From assembly GCA_964016885.1 (NCBI GenBank), contig OZ024764.1, positions 10,478,001 to 10,542,000 on the forward strand: a DNA stretch of 64,000 nt, written 5' to 3'. The position numbers were made by a program, and so were the translations under genes. Below are positions 43,557-58,753 of the stretch, piece by piece (position 1 is the stretch's first letter; each line of letters starts with the position of its first letter). Source of the stretch: Eledone cirrhosa (lineage: Eukaryota). Below the pieces are notes generated by a model. It was not told the DNA's origin. It saw only the letters and a list, made by a program, of their open reading frames with translations, and searched no databases.

Positions 43557-43572
43557 TTCCTTTAATGATAAT

Positions 43573-43645
43573 GCTGTGATACGTATTTCAATGATGACTG
43601 GCCACACAGTTCCGTGTACCCAGTGCCGTGACATCGTCAGACAGC
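43573..43645 (-). ncRNA. Type I hammerhead ribozyme with extended stem II
   Basis: gctgt-CTGACGA-tgtcacggcactgggtacacggaactgtgtggccagtcatcatt-GAAATACGTAT-C-acagc; perfect stem I, palindromic ATACGTAT, AUC site. Confidence 0.8.
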
Positions 43646-43831
43646 TTCTTACACAATTAGGTTATGTTCCCGAGGCAATCCAGATCGAATCGACAAGGGA
43701 ACGGGCAAAGCGGCTGTTCTTGAATCCTTCGCCCGTTCCCCTTAAATATATATATGTATATATACATACATATATATATATATAGATATACAATATGTTA
43801 ATAAATGTAAACTATATTTATAAACCATATT

Positions 43832-43897
43832 TATTTTATTATATATATTTCAAGAGAAACCAAGGCAAATTATGGTGCGCTTTCATCAGATAAAATA
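43832..43897 (-). ncRNA. Type I hammerhead ribozyme, 'ATATATAT' family
   Basis: tattttat-CTGATGA-aagcgcacca...tggtttctctt-GAAA-tatatat-A-ataaaata. Confidence 0.75.
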
Positions 43898-44059
43898 CAG
43901 ATTTGGTTTATGAATAAATATTGACATACCCGGAAAAAAAGACAACCTTAACGGTTGGAGCTTCCTCGATACTGTGTATTTACTCCACACTCTGTTGAGT
44001 GCTTTATATCAGTTATAAAATGTTTAAGCTTGTTGAATCCCAACAAATTAAATATAACC

Positions 44060-44100
<41 letters not shown>

Positions 44101-44185
44101 TCGCCTGATGAAAAGCATTCTCAAATAAATCACTATAAAACTTTACGGTTATTACAGGGTCATGTTTTGAAACCTAGGGTAGCAA
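44101..44185 (+). ncRNA. Type I hammerhead motif with a large loop II
   Basis: tcgc-CTGATGA-aaagcat-(about 43 nt)-atgtttt-GAAACC-tag-GGT-A-gcaa. Confidence 0.65.
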
Positions 44186-44206
44186 CCAATTGTCTCAATA
44201 TATATG

Positions 44207-44239
<33 letters not shown>

Positions 44240-44291
44240 GATACATATATATATATGTATATATATATATATGATATATATATATATATTA

Positions 44292-44335
<44 letters not shown>

Positions 44336-44355
44336 GTATATATATATATATATTA

Positions 44356-44402
<47 letters not shown>

Positions 44403-44587
44403 TCATCATCATCATTTTATGTCCGCTTTTCCCTGCTTGCAAGGGTATATATATATATATGTATGTATATATATATATATATATATATGTAAATATATAT
44501 ATATATATATATAAACTAAGATTACATTTATTTATATATATATAAATGTAATCTGAGTTTTTCGAATATTAACAATAACATTTGATT

Positions 44588-44649
<62 letters not shown>

Positions 44650-44697
44650 TATACATATATATATAAATATATTTATATATATATATATGTATATATT

Positions 44698-44729
<32 letters not shown>

Positions 44730-44792
44730 TATACATGTATATATATATATATATATACATGTATATATATATAATATATATATATATATTTT

Positions 44793-46203
44793 AGCACAAC
44801 TAATTAGAGAAAGAGTCAAACTAGATGAGATGCAGTTTGGTTTTGTGCCTGGGAAGAGTACAACAGATGCCCTCTTCTTGGTGAGACAATTACAAGAGAG
44901 GTTCTTAGAGAAGAAAAAGCCACGAGACTTAGCCTTTGTTGACCTAGAGAAGGCCTATGATAGGGTACCCCGATCTGTCATCTGGTGGTCCCTAAGGAAG
45001 CTAGGTGTTGAGGAATGGCTTGTGAGGACAGTGCAAACTTTGTACAGAGGTGCTGTCAGTAAAGTGAGAGTAGGAATGGAGTTTAGTGAGGAATTCCAGA
45101 TACAAGTAGGAGTACATCAGGGTTCGGACCTCAGCCCGCTCTTGTTCATTATAGTCCTCCAAGCCATAACAGAGGTGTTTAAGACTGGCTGCCCATGGGA
45201 ACTTCTCTATGCTGACGATCTGGTTCTTATAGCAGAATCAGTAGAGGAGCTAGAGAATAAATTCTGGCTATGGAAACAGCAGTTGGAAGCAAGAGGACTG
45301 AGGGTGAACCTAGCTAAGACAAAAGTGTTGATGAGTAAAAAAGAGGACAAAACTCTGATTCCGTCAGGGAAATGGCCATGTTTGATATGCAGAAAAGGAA
45401 CTGGCATAAATTCTATAAAATGCACACAATGAAGATCCTGGGTACACAAGAGATGTAGTGGGATATCAGGCAAACTAACAGGTAGGGAGAAATATGTATG
45501 CAGTACATGTACAGGGAAATTAGACAGTAGAAGTCGCATTGATAGACACATTTTTCAGATGCAGGAGGGCGCTATAGAAGTGGTGGATAGCTTCCGGTAC
45601 CTAGGAGATCAGATTAGCATGGGAGGAGGGTGTTCCGAGGCCATAGTATCTAGAATAAGGACGGGTTGGAAGAAGTTTAGGGAGCTGCTTCCTCTGTTGA
45701 CGAAGAAGGGTTTCTCCCTGCGTACGAAGGGCCGGTTATATGATGCCTGTGTGAGGAGCGCGATGCTGCATGGTAGTGAGACATGGGCAGCAACTGCAGA
45801 GGATATGCGATGGCTGTAGAGAAATGAGGCAAGCATGCTCCATTGGATGTGCAGTGTAAATGTGCATGAACGACCCAGCATAAATGTGTTGAGAGAGAAA
45901 CTGTGTCTGAGAGGGATAGAATGTAGTGTACGGGAGAGGAGACTGAGGTGGTATGGACATGTGATGCGCATGGAGGATGACCGATGGGTGAAGAAGTGCC
46001 AGGAAATGCCAGTTGAAAGAAGACGTGGTAGAGGTAGACCACGAAAAACATGGACGGAGGTGGTGAGAACAGACGTCAGATCATTGAAGCTAACTGTGGA
46101 GATGACGAAGGACCGTGACGAGTGGAGAGATGCTGTGCTGAATAAGACCCGTCCCACCCTTGCAAGCAGGGAAAAGCGGACGTAAAATGATGATGATGAT
46201 GAT
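44793..46203 (+). mobile_element. RTE-clade LINE, 5'-truncated, RT domain with Cys/His insertion and (TGA)n tail
   Basis: [81 protein letters not shown]; stops at 45430 and 45817. Confidence 0.95.
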
Positions 46204-46405
46204 ATACATATATATACATATATATACATATACATATATATACACATATACATATATATATATATACACACATACATATATATATATATAATGTAGGAGG
46301 TGAGTTTTATTGTAGTACAATAAAGCAATGCAGATATCGGATAAGAAGCACTCTACAGTTTGTAGGACTGGAGTATACATAATATATAAGAACAAAAGAT
46401 GTTCT

Positions 46406-46470
<65 letters not shown>

Positions 46471-46494
46471 TATACACACACATATATATATTTA

Positions 46495-46820
46495 TCATTC
46501 ATCATCATCATCATTTCATTTTACGTCCACTTTTCCCTGCTTGCAAGGGTGGGACGGGAACTGATTCTGGCTTGATTTCTACAGCTGGATGCCCTTCCTA
46601 ACACCAACCTCATTTACAGTGAGTGCTGGGTGCTTTTTATCCGTGGCACCTCCACGTCCACTTTGCAATGGAATGATATGGACCCCAGTCCCTATCATCT
46701 CATTTCTACAGCTGAGTAAACTGGAGCAATGTGAAATAAAGTGTCTTGCTCAAAGAAACAACACATCACCCGGTCTGAGAATTGAACTCACAACCTTTCG
46801 ATTGCAAGCCCAATGCTCTA

Positions 46821-46822
<2 letters not shown>
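46495..46822 (-). mobile_element. Composite SINE fragments (tRNA head; gttaggaagggcatccagc domain; RTE-type tail)
   Basis: Minus strand gagttcaattctc...ttgagcaagacacttta, then ggtgttaggaagggcatccagctgtagaaa and the same tail as the RTE at 46150-46200. Confidence 0.75.
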
Positions 46823-46853
<31 letters not shown>

Positions 46854-47048
46854 CACTTATATATACATATATATATACACATATACATATATATACACAT
46901 ATACATATATACACACATATATATATACACACACACACACAAATACATATATATATATACACACACACACACATACACATATATATATACACACACACAC
47001 ATACATACACACATATATATATATATATACACACACACACATATACAC

Positions 47049-47081
<33 letters not shown>

Positions 47082-47340
47082 TATACACACATATATATAT
47101 ACACACACACACATATACACACATATATATACACACACACACATATACACACATATATATATACACACACACACACACATATATATATACACACACACAC
47201 ACACATATATATATACACACACACACACATATATATATATACACACACACACACATATATACACACACACACACATATATACACACACACACACATATAT
47301 ACACACACACACACATATATACACACACACACACATATAT

Positions 47341-47413
<73 letters not shown>

Positions 47414-47694
47414 ATATATATAATTTAGGCACAAGGCCAGCCATTTGGGGAGCTATTGAGTAAAGTAATTTATGAAATTCGTACCTGAAAGACACCTTTA
47501 CCTCCACCACCATTCCAACCCACCAATTAGAAATTCTGGCAAACAACAGGTAAAAAATTAGTTGGCTGTCCCAATTACTGTATGTGGTGATGGTGGGAGC
47601 ACTATGAATGGCGAGGTGTGTTATTATTAGTGTAATTGTTGTAAATAATTCTGTTGTGTTGCTTCTGTCAGACAGAACGGTTGACACAATTCCA

Positions 47695-48712
<1,018 letters not shown>

Positions 48713-48746
48713 ACATATCAGAATGTATATTTCTCTCTCTACACAG

Positions 48747-48831
48747 GAACAGCTCGGACATGTCTACCACAGCGCCCTCTAAGACTTCGTCTGAACAGAT
48801 CTAGGAGAACGCCCAAGTTAAAAGAAACCAG
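48747..48831 (+). CDS. Candidate exon of the plus-strand gene
   Basis: Acceptor ttctctctctacacag, donor CCAG|GTAAGC. Phase 2 gives [19 protein letters not shown] (stop ends 48804); phase 1 is open throughout. Confidence 0.6.
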
Positions 48832-49419
48832 GTAAGCTCCTATCTCTATATTATTAATGGAAGGAGGAAGGGCAGCTGAGAGAGAGGGGGGGGGGAGAGG
48901 GCTGGTGGGGGGGGGGGGGGGCACTTGTCCTAAGGGTCAAGGTGACCATGGAGTCTGGGGAAGGAAGGGCAGTCACATGTTGTAGGGGTCAAAGTGATAG
49001 CGGGGGTTTTTTGTTGGCTTTCTCTATCTATTAGCAACCCCCGGCAGTCCCTTCCTACCCTCTCTCACTGCCTATTGGGGTATTTTCTTTTGTTTTAATT
49101 TTACAAGGGTTCTTGTTGTAGTTGTTGTTGTTGTTGTTGTTGTTATCTTTGTGGGGAGAAGGGTCTAAGAGAAAAAAATACCCAACTGGTGAAAGGTACA
49201 AATGTGGCCCCCCCACAAAAAAAAAAAAAAATTCTGCAACAATATATCTGGACAGAACAAAGACAGGCTGTCTCATACTGTAGAGTCCTTCACACGGGGG
49301 ATAACTAGGGACATGTTTGGGCCTTAGGTAGAGTGGGTAGCTCTATTTTTTTCTTCTGTCTTCTTCACCCACTTATTCCTGTGAAGGGTCATGGGAGGCA
49401 GATTCCTCAGACACTCCTT

Positions 49420-49705
49420 CCTGAGGGTCCTTTCAGAAGCAACCGTCTTCAACTGAATCCCCAAGCGTGACCAGCCGAGCTCATGGCTGTTATCCAGCCA
49501 TCTTGTTCAGGGTCTATCTTTGGGTCTCTTCTTTTTTGTCCCCGTATTTATGAGAGGGTTGGGGGGGGGGGGAAGAGTCCTCAAACACTCCTTCCAGCAG
49601 GTCCTGTCAGCAGAAGATACCATCTCCAACTAATCCGCCTGGATATCCAAGCGTGACCAGCCAGACTCATGGATGTTGTCCAACCATCTTGCTCAGGGTC
49701 TCATA
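49420..49705 (-). mobile_element. Two degraded RTE-like 3' end fragments
   Basis: Direct repeat of about 110 bp; minus translation RP*ARWLDNIHESGWSRLDI...DRTCWKECL. Confidence 0.5.
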
Positions 49706-49735
49706 CCAGTTGGTTTGCTTATAAATTCTGTCCAG

Positions 49736-52728
49736 TGATTCTTTCCAGAGACATTCTAACCACATGTCTGTAGTATCAGAGCTGTGATCTCTCAATCCAG
49801 AGATTCTTTCCTGAGACATTCTAACCACATGTCTGTAGTATCAGAGCTGTGATCTCTCAATTCAGAGATTCTTTCCAGAGACATTCTAACCACATGTCTG
49901 TAGTATCAGAGCTGTGGTCTCTCAATTCAGAGATTCTTTCCTGAGACATTCTAACCACATGTCTGTAGTATCAGAGCTGTGATCTCTCAGTTCAGAGATT
50001 CTTTCCAGAGACATTCTAACCACATGTCTGTAGTATCAGAGCTGTGGTCTCTCAATTCAGAGATTCTTTCCTGAGACATTCTAACCACATGTCTGTAGTA
50101 TCAGAGCTGTGATCTCTCAGTTCAGAGATTCTTTCCAGAGACATTCTAACCACATGTCTGTAGTATCAGAGCTGTGATCTCTCAATTCAGTGATTCTTTC
50201 CTGAGACATTCTAACCACATGTCTGTAGTATCAGAACTGTGATCTCTCAGTTCAGAGATTCTTTCCTGAGACATTCTAACCACATGTCTGTAGTATCAGA
50301 ACTGTGGTCTCTCAATTCAGAGATTCTTTCCTGAGACATTCTAACCACATGTCTGTAGTATCAGAGCTGTGATCTCTCAATTCAGAGATTCTTTCCAGAG
50401 ACATTCTAACCACATGTCTGTAGTATCAGAGCTGTGATCTCTCAATTCAGAGATTCTTTCCAGAGACATTCTAACCACATGTCTGTAGTATCAGAGCTGT
50501 GGTCTCTCAATTCAGAGATTCTTTCCTGAGACATTCTAACCACATGTCTGTAGTATCAGAGCTGTGATCTCTCAGTTCAGAGATTCTTTCCAGAGACATT
50601 CTAACCACATGTCTGTAGTATCAGAGCTGTGGTCTCTCAATTCAGAGATTCTTTCCTGAGACATTCTAACCACATGTCTGTAGTATCAGAGCTGTGATCT
50701 CTCAGTTCAGAGATTCTTTCCAGAGACATTCTAACCACATGTCTGTAGTATCAGAGCTGTGATCTCTCAATTCAGTGATTCTTTCCTGAGACATTCTAAC
50801 CACATGTCTGTAGTATCAGAACTGTGATCTCTCAGTTCAGAGATTCTTTCCTGAGACATTCTAACCACATGTCTGTAGTATCAGAGCTGTGATCTCTCAG
50901 TTCAGAGATTCTTTCCAGAGACATTCTAACTACATGTCTGTAGTATCAGAACTGTGGTCTCTCAATTCAGAGATTCTTTCCTGAGACATTCTAACCACAT
51001 GTCTGTAGTATCAGAGCTGTGATCTCTCAATTCAGAGATTCTTTCCAGAGACATTCTAACCACATGTCTGTAGTATCAGAGCTGTGATCTCTCAATTCAG
51101 AAATTCTTTCCTGAGACATTCTAACCACATGTCTGTAGTATCAGAGCTGTGATCTCTCAATTCAGAGATTCTTTCCAGAGACATTCTAACCACATGTCTG
51201 TAGTATCAGAGCTGTGATCTCTCAATACAGAGATTCTTTCCTCAGACATTCTAACCACATCTCTGTAGTATCAGAGCTGTGATCTCTCAATTCAGAGATT
51301 CTTTCCTGAGACATTCTAACCACATGTCTGTAGTATCAGAGCTGTGATCTCTCAATTCAGAGATTCTTTCCAGAGACATTCTAACCACATGTCTGTAGTA
51401 TCAGAGCTGTGATCTCTCAATTCAGAGATTCTTTCCTGAGACATTCTAACCACATGTCTGTAGTATCAGAGCTGTGATCTCTCAATTCAGAGATTCTTTC
51501 CTGAGACATTCTAACCACATGTCTGTAGTATCAGAGCTGTGATCTCTCAATTCAGAGATTCTTTCCAGAGACATTCTAACCACATGTCTGTAGTATCAGA
51601 GCTGTGATCTCTCAATTCAGAAATTCTTTCCTGAGACATTCTAACCACATGTCTGTAGTATCAGAGCTGTGATCTCTCAATTCAGAGATTCTTTCCAGAG
51701 ACATTCTAACCACATGTCTGTAGTATCAGAGCTGTGATCTCTCAATTCAGAAATTCTTTCCTGAGACATTCTAACCACATGTCTGTAGTATCAGAGCTGT
51801 GATCTCTCAATTCAGAGATTCTTTCCAGAGACATTCTAACCACATGTCTGTAGTATCAGAGCTGTGATCTCTCAATTCAGAGATTCTTTCCAGAGACATT
51901 CTAACCACATGTCTGTAGTATCAGAGCTGTGATCTCTCAATTCAGAGATTCTTTCCAGAGACATTCTAACCACATGTCTGTAGTATCAGAGCTGTGATCT
52001 CTCAATTCAGAAATTCTTTCCTGAGACATTCTAACCACATGTCTGTAGTATCAGAGCTGTGATCTCTCAATTCAGAGATTCTTTCCAGAGACATTCTAAC
52101 CACATGTCTGTAGTATCAGAGCTGTGATCTCTCAATTCAGAAATTCTTTCCTGAGACATTCTAACCACATGTCTGTAGTATCAGAGCTGTGATCTCTCAA
52201 TTCAGAGAATCTGTCCTGAGACATTCTAACCACATGTCTGTAGTATCAGAGCTGTGATCTCTCAATCCAGAGATTCTTTCCAGAGACATTCTAACCACAT
52301 GTCTGTAGTATCAGAGCTGTGATCTCTCAATCCAGAGATTCTTTCCAGAGACATTCTAACCACATGTCTGTAGTATCAGAGCTGTGATCTCTCAATTCAG
52401 AAATTCTTTCCTGAGACATTCTAACCACATGTCAGTAGTATCAGAGCTGTGATCTCTCAATTCAGAGATTCTTTCCTGAGACATTCTAACCACATGTTTG
52501 TAGTATCAGAACTGTGATCTCTCAATTCAGAGATTCTTTCCAGAGACATTCTAACCACATGTCTGTAGTATCAGAGCTGTGGTCTCTCAATTCAGAGATT
52601 CTTTCCCGAGACATTCTAACCACATGTCTATAGTATCAGAGCTGTGGTCTCTCAATTCAGAGATTCTTTCCTAAGACATTCTAACCACATGTCTGGAGTA
52701 TCAGAGCTGTGGTCTCTCAATTCAGAGA
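49736..52728. repeat. 65-bp minisatellite, about 46 copies
   Basis: Unit gattctttccagagacattctaaccacatgtctgtagtatcagagctgtgatctctcaattcaga. Confidence 0.95.
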
Positions 52729-52789
52729 GATGTATGTGTATATATATATATATTTTTTTGTCTGTTTGTGTTTGTGCGGAGATCTCACA

Positions 52790-52821
<32 letters not shown>

Positions 52822-52843
52822 TTATATATATATATATATATAT

Positions 52844-52896
<53 letters not shown>

Positions 52897-53053
52897 TATA
52901 CATATACATACATACAAGTGTTGTGTATCAATATTTCAAATGCGAATTTTTTTCTTATATTTTGGTAATTTTCCCTGCAGTTTCCTGTATATTGGTAAGT
53001 CTGCCTGTTAGTATATACACCTATATTTGTCTTCTATACATACATACATATAT

Positions 53054-53100
<47 letters not shown>

Positions 53101-53213
53101 CACACACACATATATATATACATATACATACATACATACATATATACACACACATATATATATATATATACACACACATACACACATACATATATACATA
53201 CACATATACATAT

Positions 53214-53256
<43 letters not shown>

Positions 53257-53266
53257 TATGTACATA

Positions 53267-53465
53267 TCGCTGCCATGTCCTGCGTCTCCAACAGACCAGT
53301 GTCTGTCCTTAGGGCATCAACATACGTTAACCTTGGTCTTCCACTTCTAGTGTGTCCATGTAGAGGCTCCCAAAGGAGACGCAGGACATGGCAGCGATAA
53401 TGAGGGACAGAGACCGCGCTGGAGAGAACTCGTCCATGGATCTCGGGAATTTTACCCGCCTTAGA
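53267..53465. mobile_element. RTE 3' fragment with internal inversion
   Basis: 53267-53372 is the reverse complement of 40268-40372; 53375-53463 is direct to 40351-40439. Confidence 0.8.
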
Positions 53466-53493
53466 TAGATAGATATGTACATATGTATAACCC

Positions 53494-53536
<43 letters not shown>

Positions 53537-53549
53537 AGTGTATACATAT

Positions 53550-53595
<46 letters not shown>

Positions 53596-53635
53596 GATAT
53601 TAAATAAATGGAAACTATATTTATAAAACCATATT

Positions 53636-53701
53636 TATTTCACTATATATATTTCAGGGATATCATATTAACAATATGTTATGCCTTCCTCAGACAAAAT
53701 A
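53636..53701 (-). ncRNA. Hammerhead, 'ATATATAT' family (left arm of palindrome 53593-53959)
   Basis: tattttgt-CTGAGGA-aggcataacatatt...atccct-GAAA-tatatat-A-gtgaaata. Confidence 0.75.
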
Positions 53702-53850
53702 CAATATAGACAGTTTTATAGATAAATAGATTTGACATACCGTTCAACATCGACTTGTATTTGAAAAAGTTGATTTGGCAGTATTTTTCAAATACAAGTC
53801 GATGTTGAACGGTATGTCAAATCTATTTATCTATAAAACTGTCTATATTG

Positions 53851-53916
53851 TATTTTGTCTGAAGAAGGCATAACATATTGTTAATATGATATCCCTGAAA
53901 TATATATAATGAAATA
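53851..53916 (+). ncRNA. Hammerhead, 'ATATATAT' family (right arm)
   Basis: tattttgt-CTGAAGA-aggcataacatattgttaatatgatatccct-GAAA-tatatat-A-atgaaata. Confidence 0.8.
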
Positions 53917-54062
53917 AATATGGTTTTATAAATATAGTTTCCATTTATTTAATATCGTAAATATACTCCAAATACTTGTTGAGTGCTTTTATATCAGTTA
54001 TAAATATTTACTAGTTGTAACCCAACAATTTAAATATAACTTTCGATATATATATATATATA

Positions 54063-54290
54063 TATTTATTAAAATAACAGATTAAAGTTTAAGCAAAGAA
54101 TCGGTGCTTTCACCCTTAATGTGTTAGTTGCAGAAGATCCCGTTAAGGGTCAAAGCAGCAATTCTTTGCTTAAACTTTAATCTGTTATTTTAATAAATAT
54201 TTGCTCTAGGGTTCTTATATATTTGATATATATTTATTCTTATCGAGCCCTCTTTGGATTTTAGTCTTCACATTTATTATTATTACTATA
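54063..54290. mobile_element. Fold-back element with a degenerate hammerhead
   Basis: Palindrome 54063-54200. Plus strand gttg-CAGAAGA-tcccgttaagggt-CAAAGC; mirror arm retains aagggt-GAAAGC. Relatives at 13520-13605 and 13912-13948. Confidence 0.6.
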
Positions 54291-54536
54291 TATATATATA
54301 TATATATTTCATTTCTGAATTTGTTTAGCAAGATTCTTTATCTGAAATCGTGTGTTGAAACCGATATTGTTATACTTTGGGAGGGTCATGTTGCCAATAA
54401 GAAACACACGCACCAGTTGCTTTCACTTCAATTTATTATATATTTATAAATTTATAAATTTACAAATCTACAAACTTATAAATTAAAAATTTCTGGTTGG
54501 TTGGTTGGTTCCACAACCAGATAGTTGTTTATATAT

Positions 54537-54581
54537 AGTCATAGTCCTTTCGTCACACACTCTGTGACCTCTTCAGTGACT
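54537..54581 (-). ncRNA. Type I hammerhead ribozyme (left arm of palindrome 54308-54906)
   Basis: Reverse complement of 54697-54741. Confidence 0.85.
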
Positions 54582-54696
54582 GGGGATTCCTTTCTTCGTT
54601 TCTGTGCCTTTCCTTTCTTCTGTCCTACGCCACACAGAAACAAAATGGCATAGGACAGAAGAAAGGAAAGGCACAGAAACAAAGAAAGGAATCCCC

Positions 54697-54741
54697 AGTC
54701 ACTGAAGAGGTCACAGAGTGTGTGACGAAAGGACTATGACT
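54697..54741 (+). ncRNA. Type I hammerhead ribozyme (right arm)
   Basis: agtca-CTGAAGA-g-gtcac-agagtgt-gtgac-GAAAG-ga-CT-A-tgact; perfect stems I and II, CUA site. Confidence 0.85.
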
Positions 54742-54904
54742 ATATATAAACAACTATCTGGTTGTGGAACCAACCAACCAACCAGAAATTTATAAGTTTG
54801 TAGATTTGTAAATTTATAAATTTATAAATATATAATAAATTGAAGTGAAAGCAACTGGTGCGTGTGTTTCTTATTGGCAACATGACCCTCCCAAAGTATA
54901 ACAA

Positions 54905-54944
<40 letters not shown>

Positions 54945-55007
54945 CTTATATATATATAATACCCATACACACACTAGCATTGAATGGTCAAACTGGTGAT
55001 CCAATAG

Positions 55008-55049
<42 letters not shown>

Positions 55050-55225
55050 CATACATATATACACATATAACATGTTAGATACTGTCACTATTACTAATAC
55101 CACCACCCCTCAAGCACCACCACCACTACCACCACCACCACCACCACCATCACCACCACCACCAACATCCCTATCTTTCAATTCAGCATGTTTTATATAA
55201 CTTTGCATCAGTATATATATATATA

Positions 55226-55296
<71 letters not shown>

Positions 55297-55490
55297 GAAT
55301 ATATATATATATATTTATATATATATACATTCATATAAATATATATATATATACATTCATATAAATAAATATATATATACATTCATATAAATAGATATAT
55401 ATATACATTCATATAAATAAATATATATATACATTCATATAAATAGATATATATATATATATTCATATAAATATATATATATATATATTC

Positions 55491-55540
<50 letters not shown>

Positions 55541-55921
55541 GAATATATATATATATATTTATATATATATACATTCATATAAATAAATATATATATACAT
55601 TCATATAAATAAATATATATATACATTCATATAAATATATATATATATATATTCATATAAATATATATATATATTCATATAAATATATATATATATATAT
55701 TCATATAAATATATATATATATTTATATGAATATATATATATATATTTATATAAATATTCAGTCACTAGACTGCGACCATACTGGGGCATATCAACCCTA
55801 GTAGTTACTTTTTTTCTTCTCTTGTCTTATTCATCTTTATAATAATTGAATTTGTGGAACAGGAATACACACCCACACACATATATATATACATATATAT
55901 ATATGTATATATAATATATAC

Positions 55922-55984
<63 letters not shown>

Positions 55985-56089
55985 AATACATATATATACA
56001 TATATATATATACATATATACATATATATATATAAATACATATATATCTATAAATATATATTCATATATATATATGTATATACACACAC

Positions 56090-56120
<31 letters not shown>

Positions 56121-56430
56121 ATATACATATATATATACATACATATATAAATACATATATATATATACATATATATATACATACATATATAAATACATAT
56201 ATATATATACATATATATATACATAAATACATATATAAATACATATATATATACATATATATATATAAATACATATATATATATAAATATATATACATAT
56301 ATATATATGTATATATACATATATATACATATATATATATGTATATACACACATATATATATATATATATATACATATATATATGTATATACACATATAT
56401 ATATATATATATATATACATATATATATAC

Positions 56431-56481
<51 letters not shown>

Positions 56482-56508
56482 CATATATATACATATATAT
56501 ATATATAC

Positions 56509-56561
<53 letters not shown>

Positions 56562-56604
56562 CATATATATACATATATATATGTATATACACATATATAT
56601 ATAT

Positions 56605-56684
<80 letters not shown>

Positions 56685-56686
56685 TT

Positions 56687-56718
<32 letters not shown>

Positions 56719-56831
56719 CGTTTGTATATGTATAATAAAGCCAAAACAATGCAGGTATGGACATAGAATAAAGAATGCAAATGCAAAAGATATTGTTGAC
56801 AATTAGTCTTTTACCTTAGATTTATTTAAAT

Positions 56832-56870
56832 GTCCTTAATTTTCGAGATAATATCTCTTCTTCAGAGCGA
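56832..56870 (-). ncRNA. Minimal hammerhead motif in palindrome 56785-57052
   Basis: cgct-CTGAAGA-a-gagat-att-atctc-GAAAATT-A-aggac; mirror copy 56967-57005 has CCGAAGA; stem I weak. Confidence 0.6.
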
Positions 56871-57096
56871 AGTAAAGTTGTCAACCAGTGTTCTAAATAG
56901 CCTGCCAAGTCATGCTGTCAGCATGACTTGGCAAGCTATTTAGAACACTGGTTTAACCGCTTTACTTCTCTCCGAAGAAGAGATATTATCTCGAAAATTA
57001 AGGACATTTAAATAAATCTAAGGTAAAAGACTAATTGTCAACAATATCTTTTATATATATATATATAAATATATGCATATATATATATATATATAT

Positions 57097-57127
<31 letters not shown>

Positions 57128-57139
57128 TATACATATATT

Positions 57140-57177
<38 letters not shown>

Positions 57178-57270
57178 CATATATTTATATATATATATAT
57201 ATATACATATATTTATATATATATATATATATACATATATTTTATATATATATATATATATACATATATT

Positions 57271-57341
<71 letters not shown>

Positions 57342-57408
57342 TTATTTATATATATATACATATATTTATATATATATATATAACACATATATATACATAT
57401 ATTTATAT

Positions 57409-57449
<41 letters not shown>

Positions 57450-57458
<9 letters not shown>

Positions 57459-57575
57459 GACGTAAAATAAGAAAATTATAAAAATTAACTTACTTACTAA
57501 AATTTCACTCAAACTAATAAATAACTAGTAAGTAAGTTAATTTTTATAATTTTCTTATTTTACGTCTTTCATATA
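57450..57575. repeat. AT-rich inverted repeat, about 50-bp arms
   Basis: atgaaagacgtaaaataagaaaattataaaaattaacttacttacta and its reverse complement. Confidence 0.85.
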
Positions 57576-57728
57576 ATTGTTCTGCATCCCCTTGCATTGA
57601 ACCACAAAGTTACTAAGACAAAACCTATATATTTGCTAGCATAGGTATGCATCTGTATATATATGTTGGTAGATATACTAATTCTTTATATATATATATA
57701 TACATATATACATATATATACACACACA

Positions 57729-57809
<81 letters not shown>

Positions 57810-57939
57810 AATCCTACTTTCCAAAGCATTGGCCATCCTCAGGCCACAAAGAGGGACTGGGGCTCAAACCTCATGGTTGTGAAATGAACTCTTTAACCAC
57901 ACAGCCCATACCTGTGACTATTTTCATTATTATTGACAA

Positions 57940-58559
57940 GGGCGGTGGATTGGCAGTATCGGTAGAGGGTCAGACGCCATGCTTTCCAGCATAGTTACGT
58001 CCCTTTACAGTCTGAGTTCAAATCCCGCCTAGGTCAACTTTGCCTTTTCATCCTCACGAGGTCGATAAAATAAAGTACCAGTAATGCACTGGATAATTGC
58101 TGGCCTTGTGCCTAAAGTAGAAACAATTATTATTGACATTGGCAGTGGATTGGCAGTATAGGTAGAGGGTCAGACGCCATGCTTTGACGCATAGAGTTAC
58201 GGCCCTTGCCATTACTGAGTTCAAATCCGCCGAGGTTGACTTTTGCCTTTCATCCTTACAGGGTCAATAAAATAAAGTACCAGTAATGTACTGGGTATTT
58301 TGCTGGCCTTGTGCCAAAAGTAGAAAACAATTACTACTTTGGGCAGTAACGGCAGAGAGTCGAGCGCCATGCTTTGCAGCATAGAGTTACGGCCCTTTAT
58401 GGTCTGAGTTCAAATCCCGCCGAGGTTAACTTTGCCTTTCATCCTTACGGGGTCGATAAAATAAAGTACCAGTCACTCACTGGGGTTGATTAAATCGACT
58501 TTCCCCCTCCTCCCAAATTGCTGGCCTTTGTTCCCTATATAATAAGAAACCATGAAACA

Positions 58560-58560
<1 letters not shown>
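57940..58560 (+). mobile_element. Three tandem SINE family A copies
   Basis: Heads at about 57940, 58141, 58340; (ATT)n tail. Confidence 0.9.
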
Positions 58561-58598
<38 letters not shown>

Positions 58599-58753
58599 GT
58601 GGTTGTTGTTGTTGTTGCACATATTTTCTTAAATAGCATGCTGCACACCTATATCTCTCTCTCTAACTATTTATCTATCTATCTATCACATTTCTCTCTC
58701 TCTCTCTCTCGACTATATATATATATATTAATATATATATATATATATTAGAA

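Noticed and set aside
45370-45515. Cys/His-rich insertion within the RTE RT as a novelty
   Set aside because: PHD-like insertions after YADD are a known feature of some RTE families.
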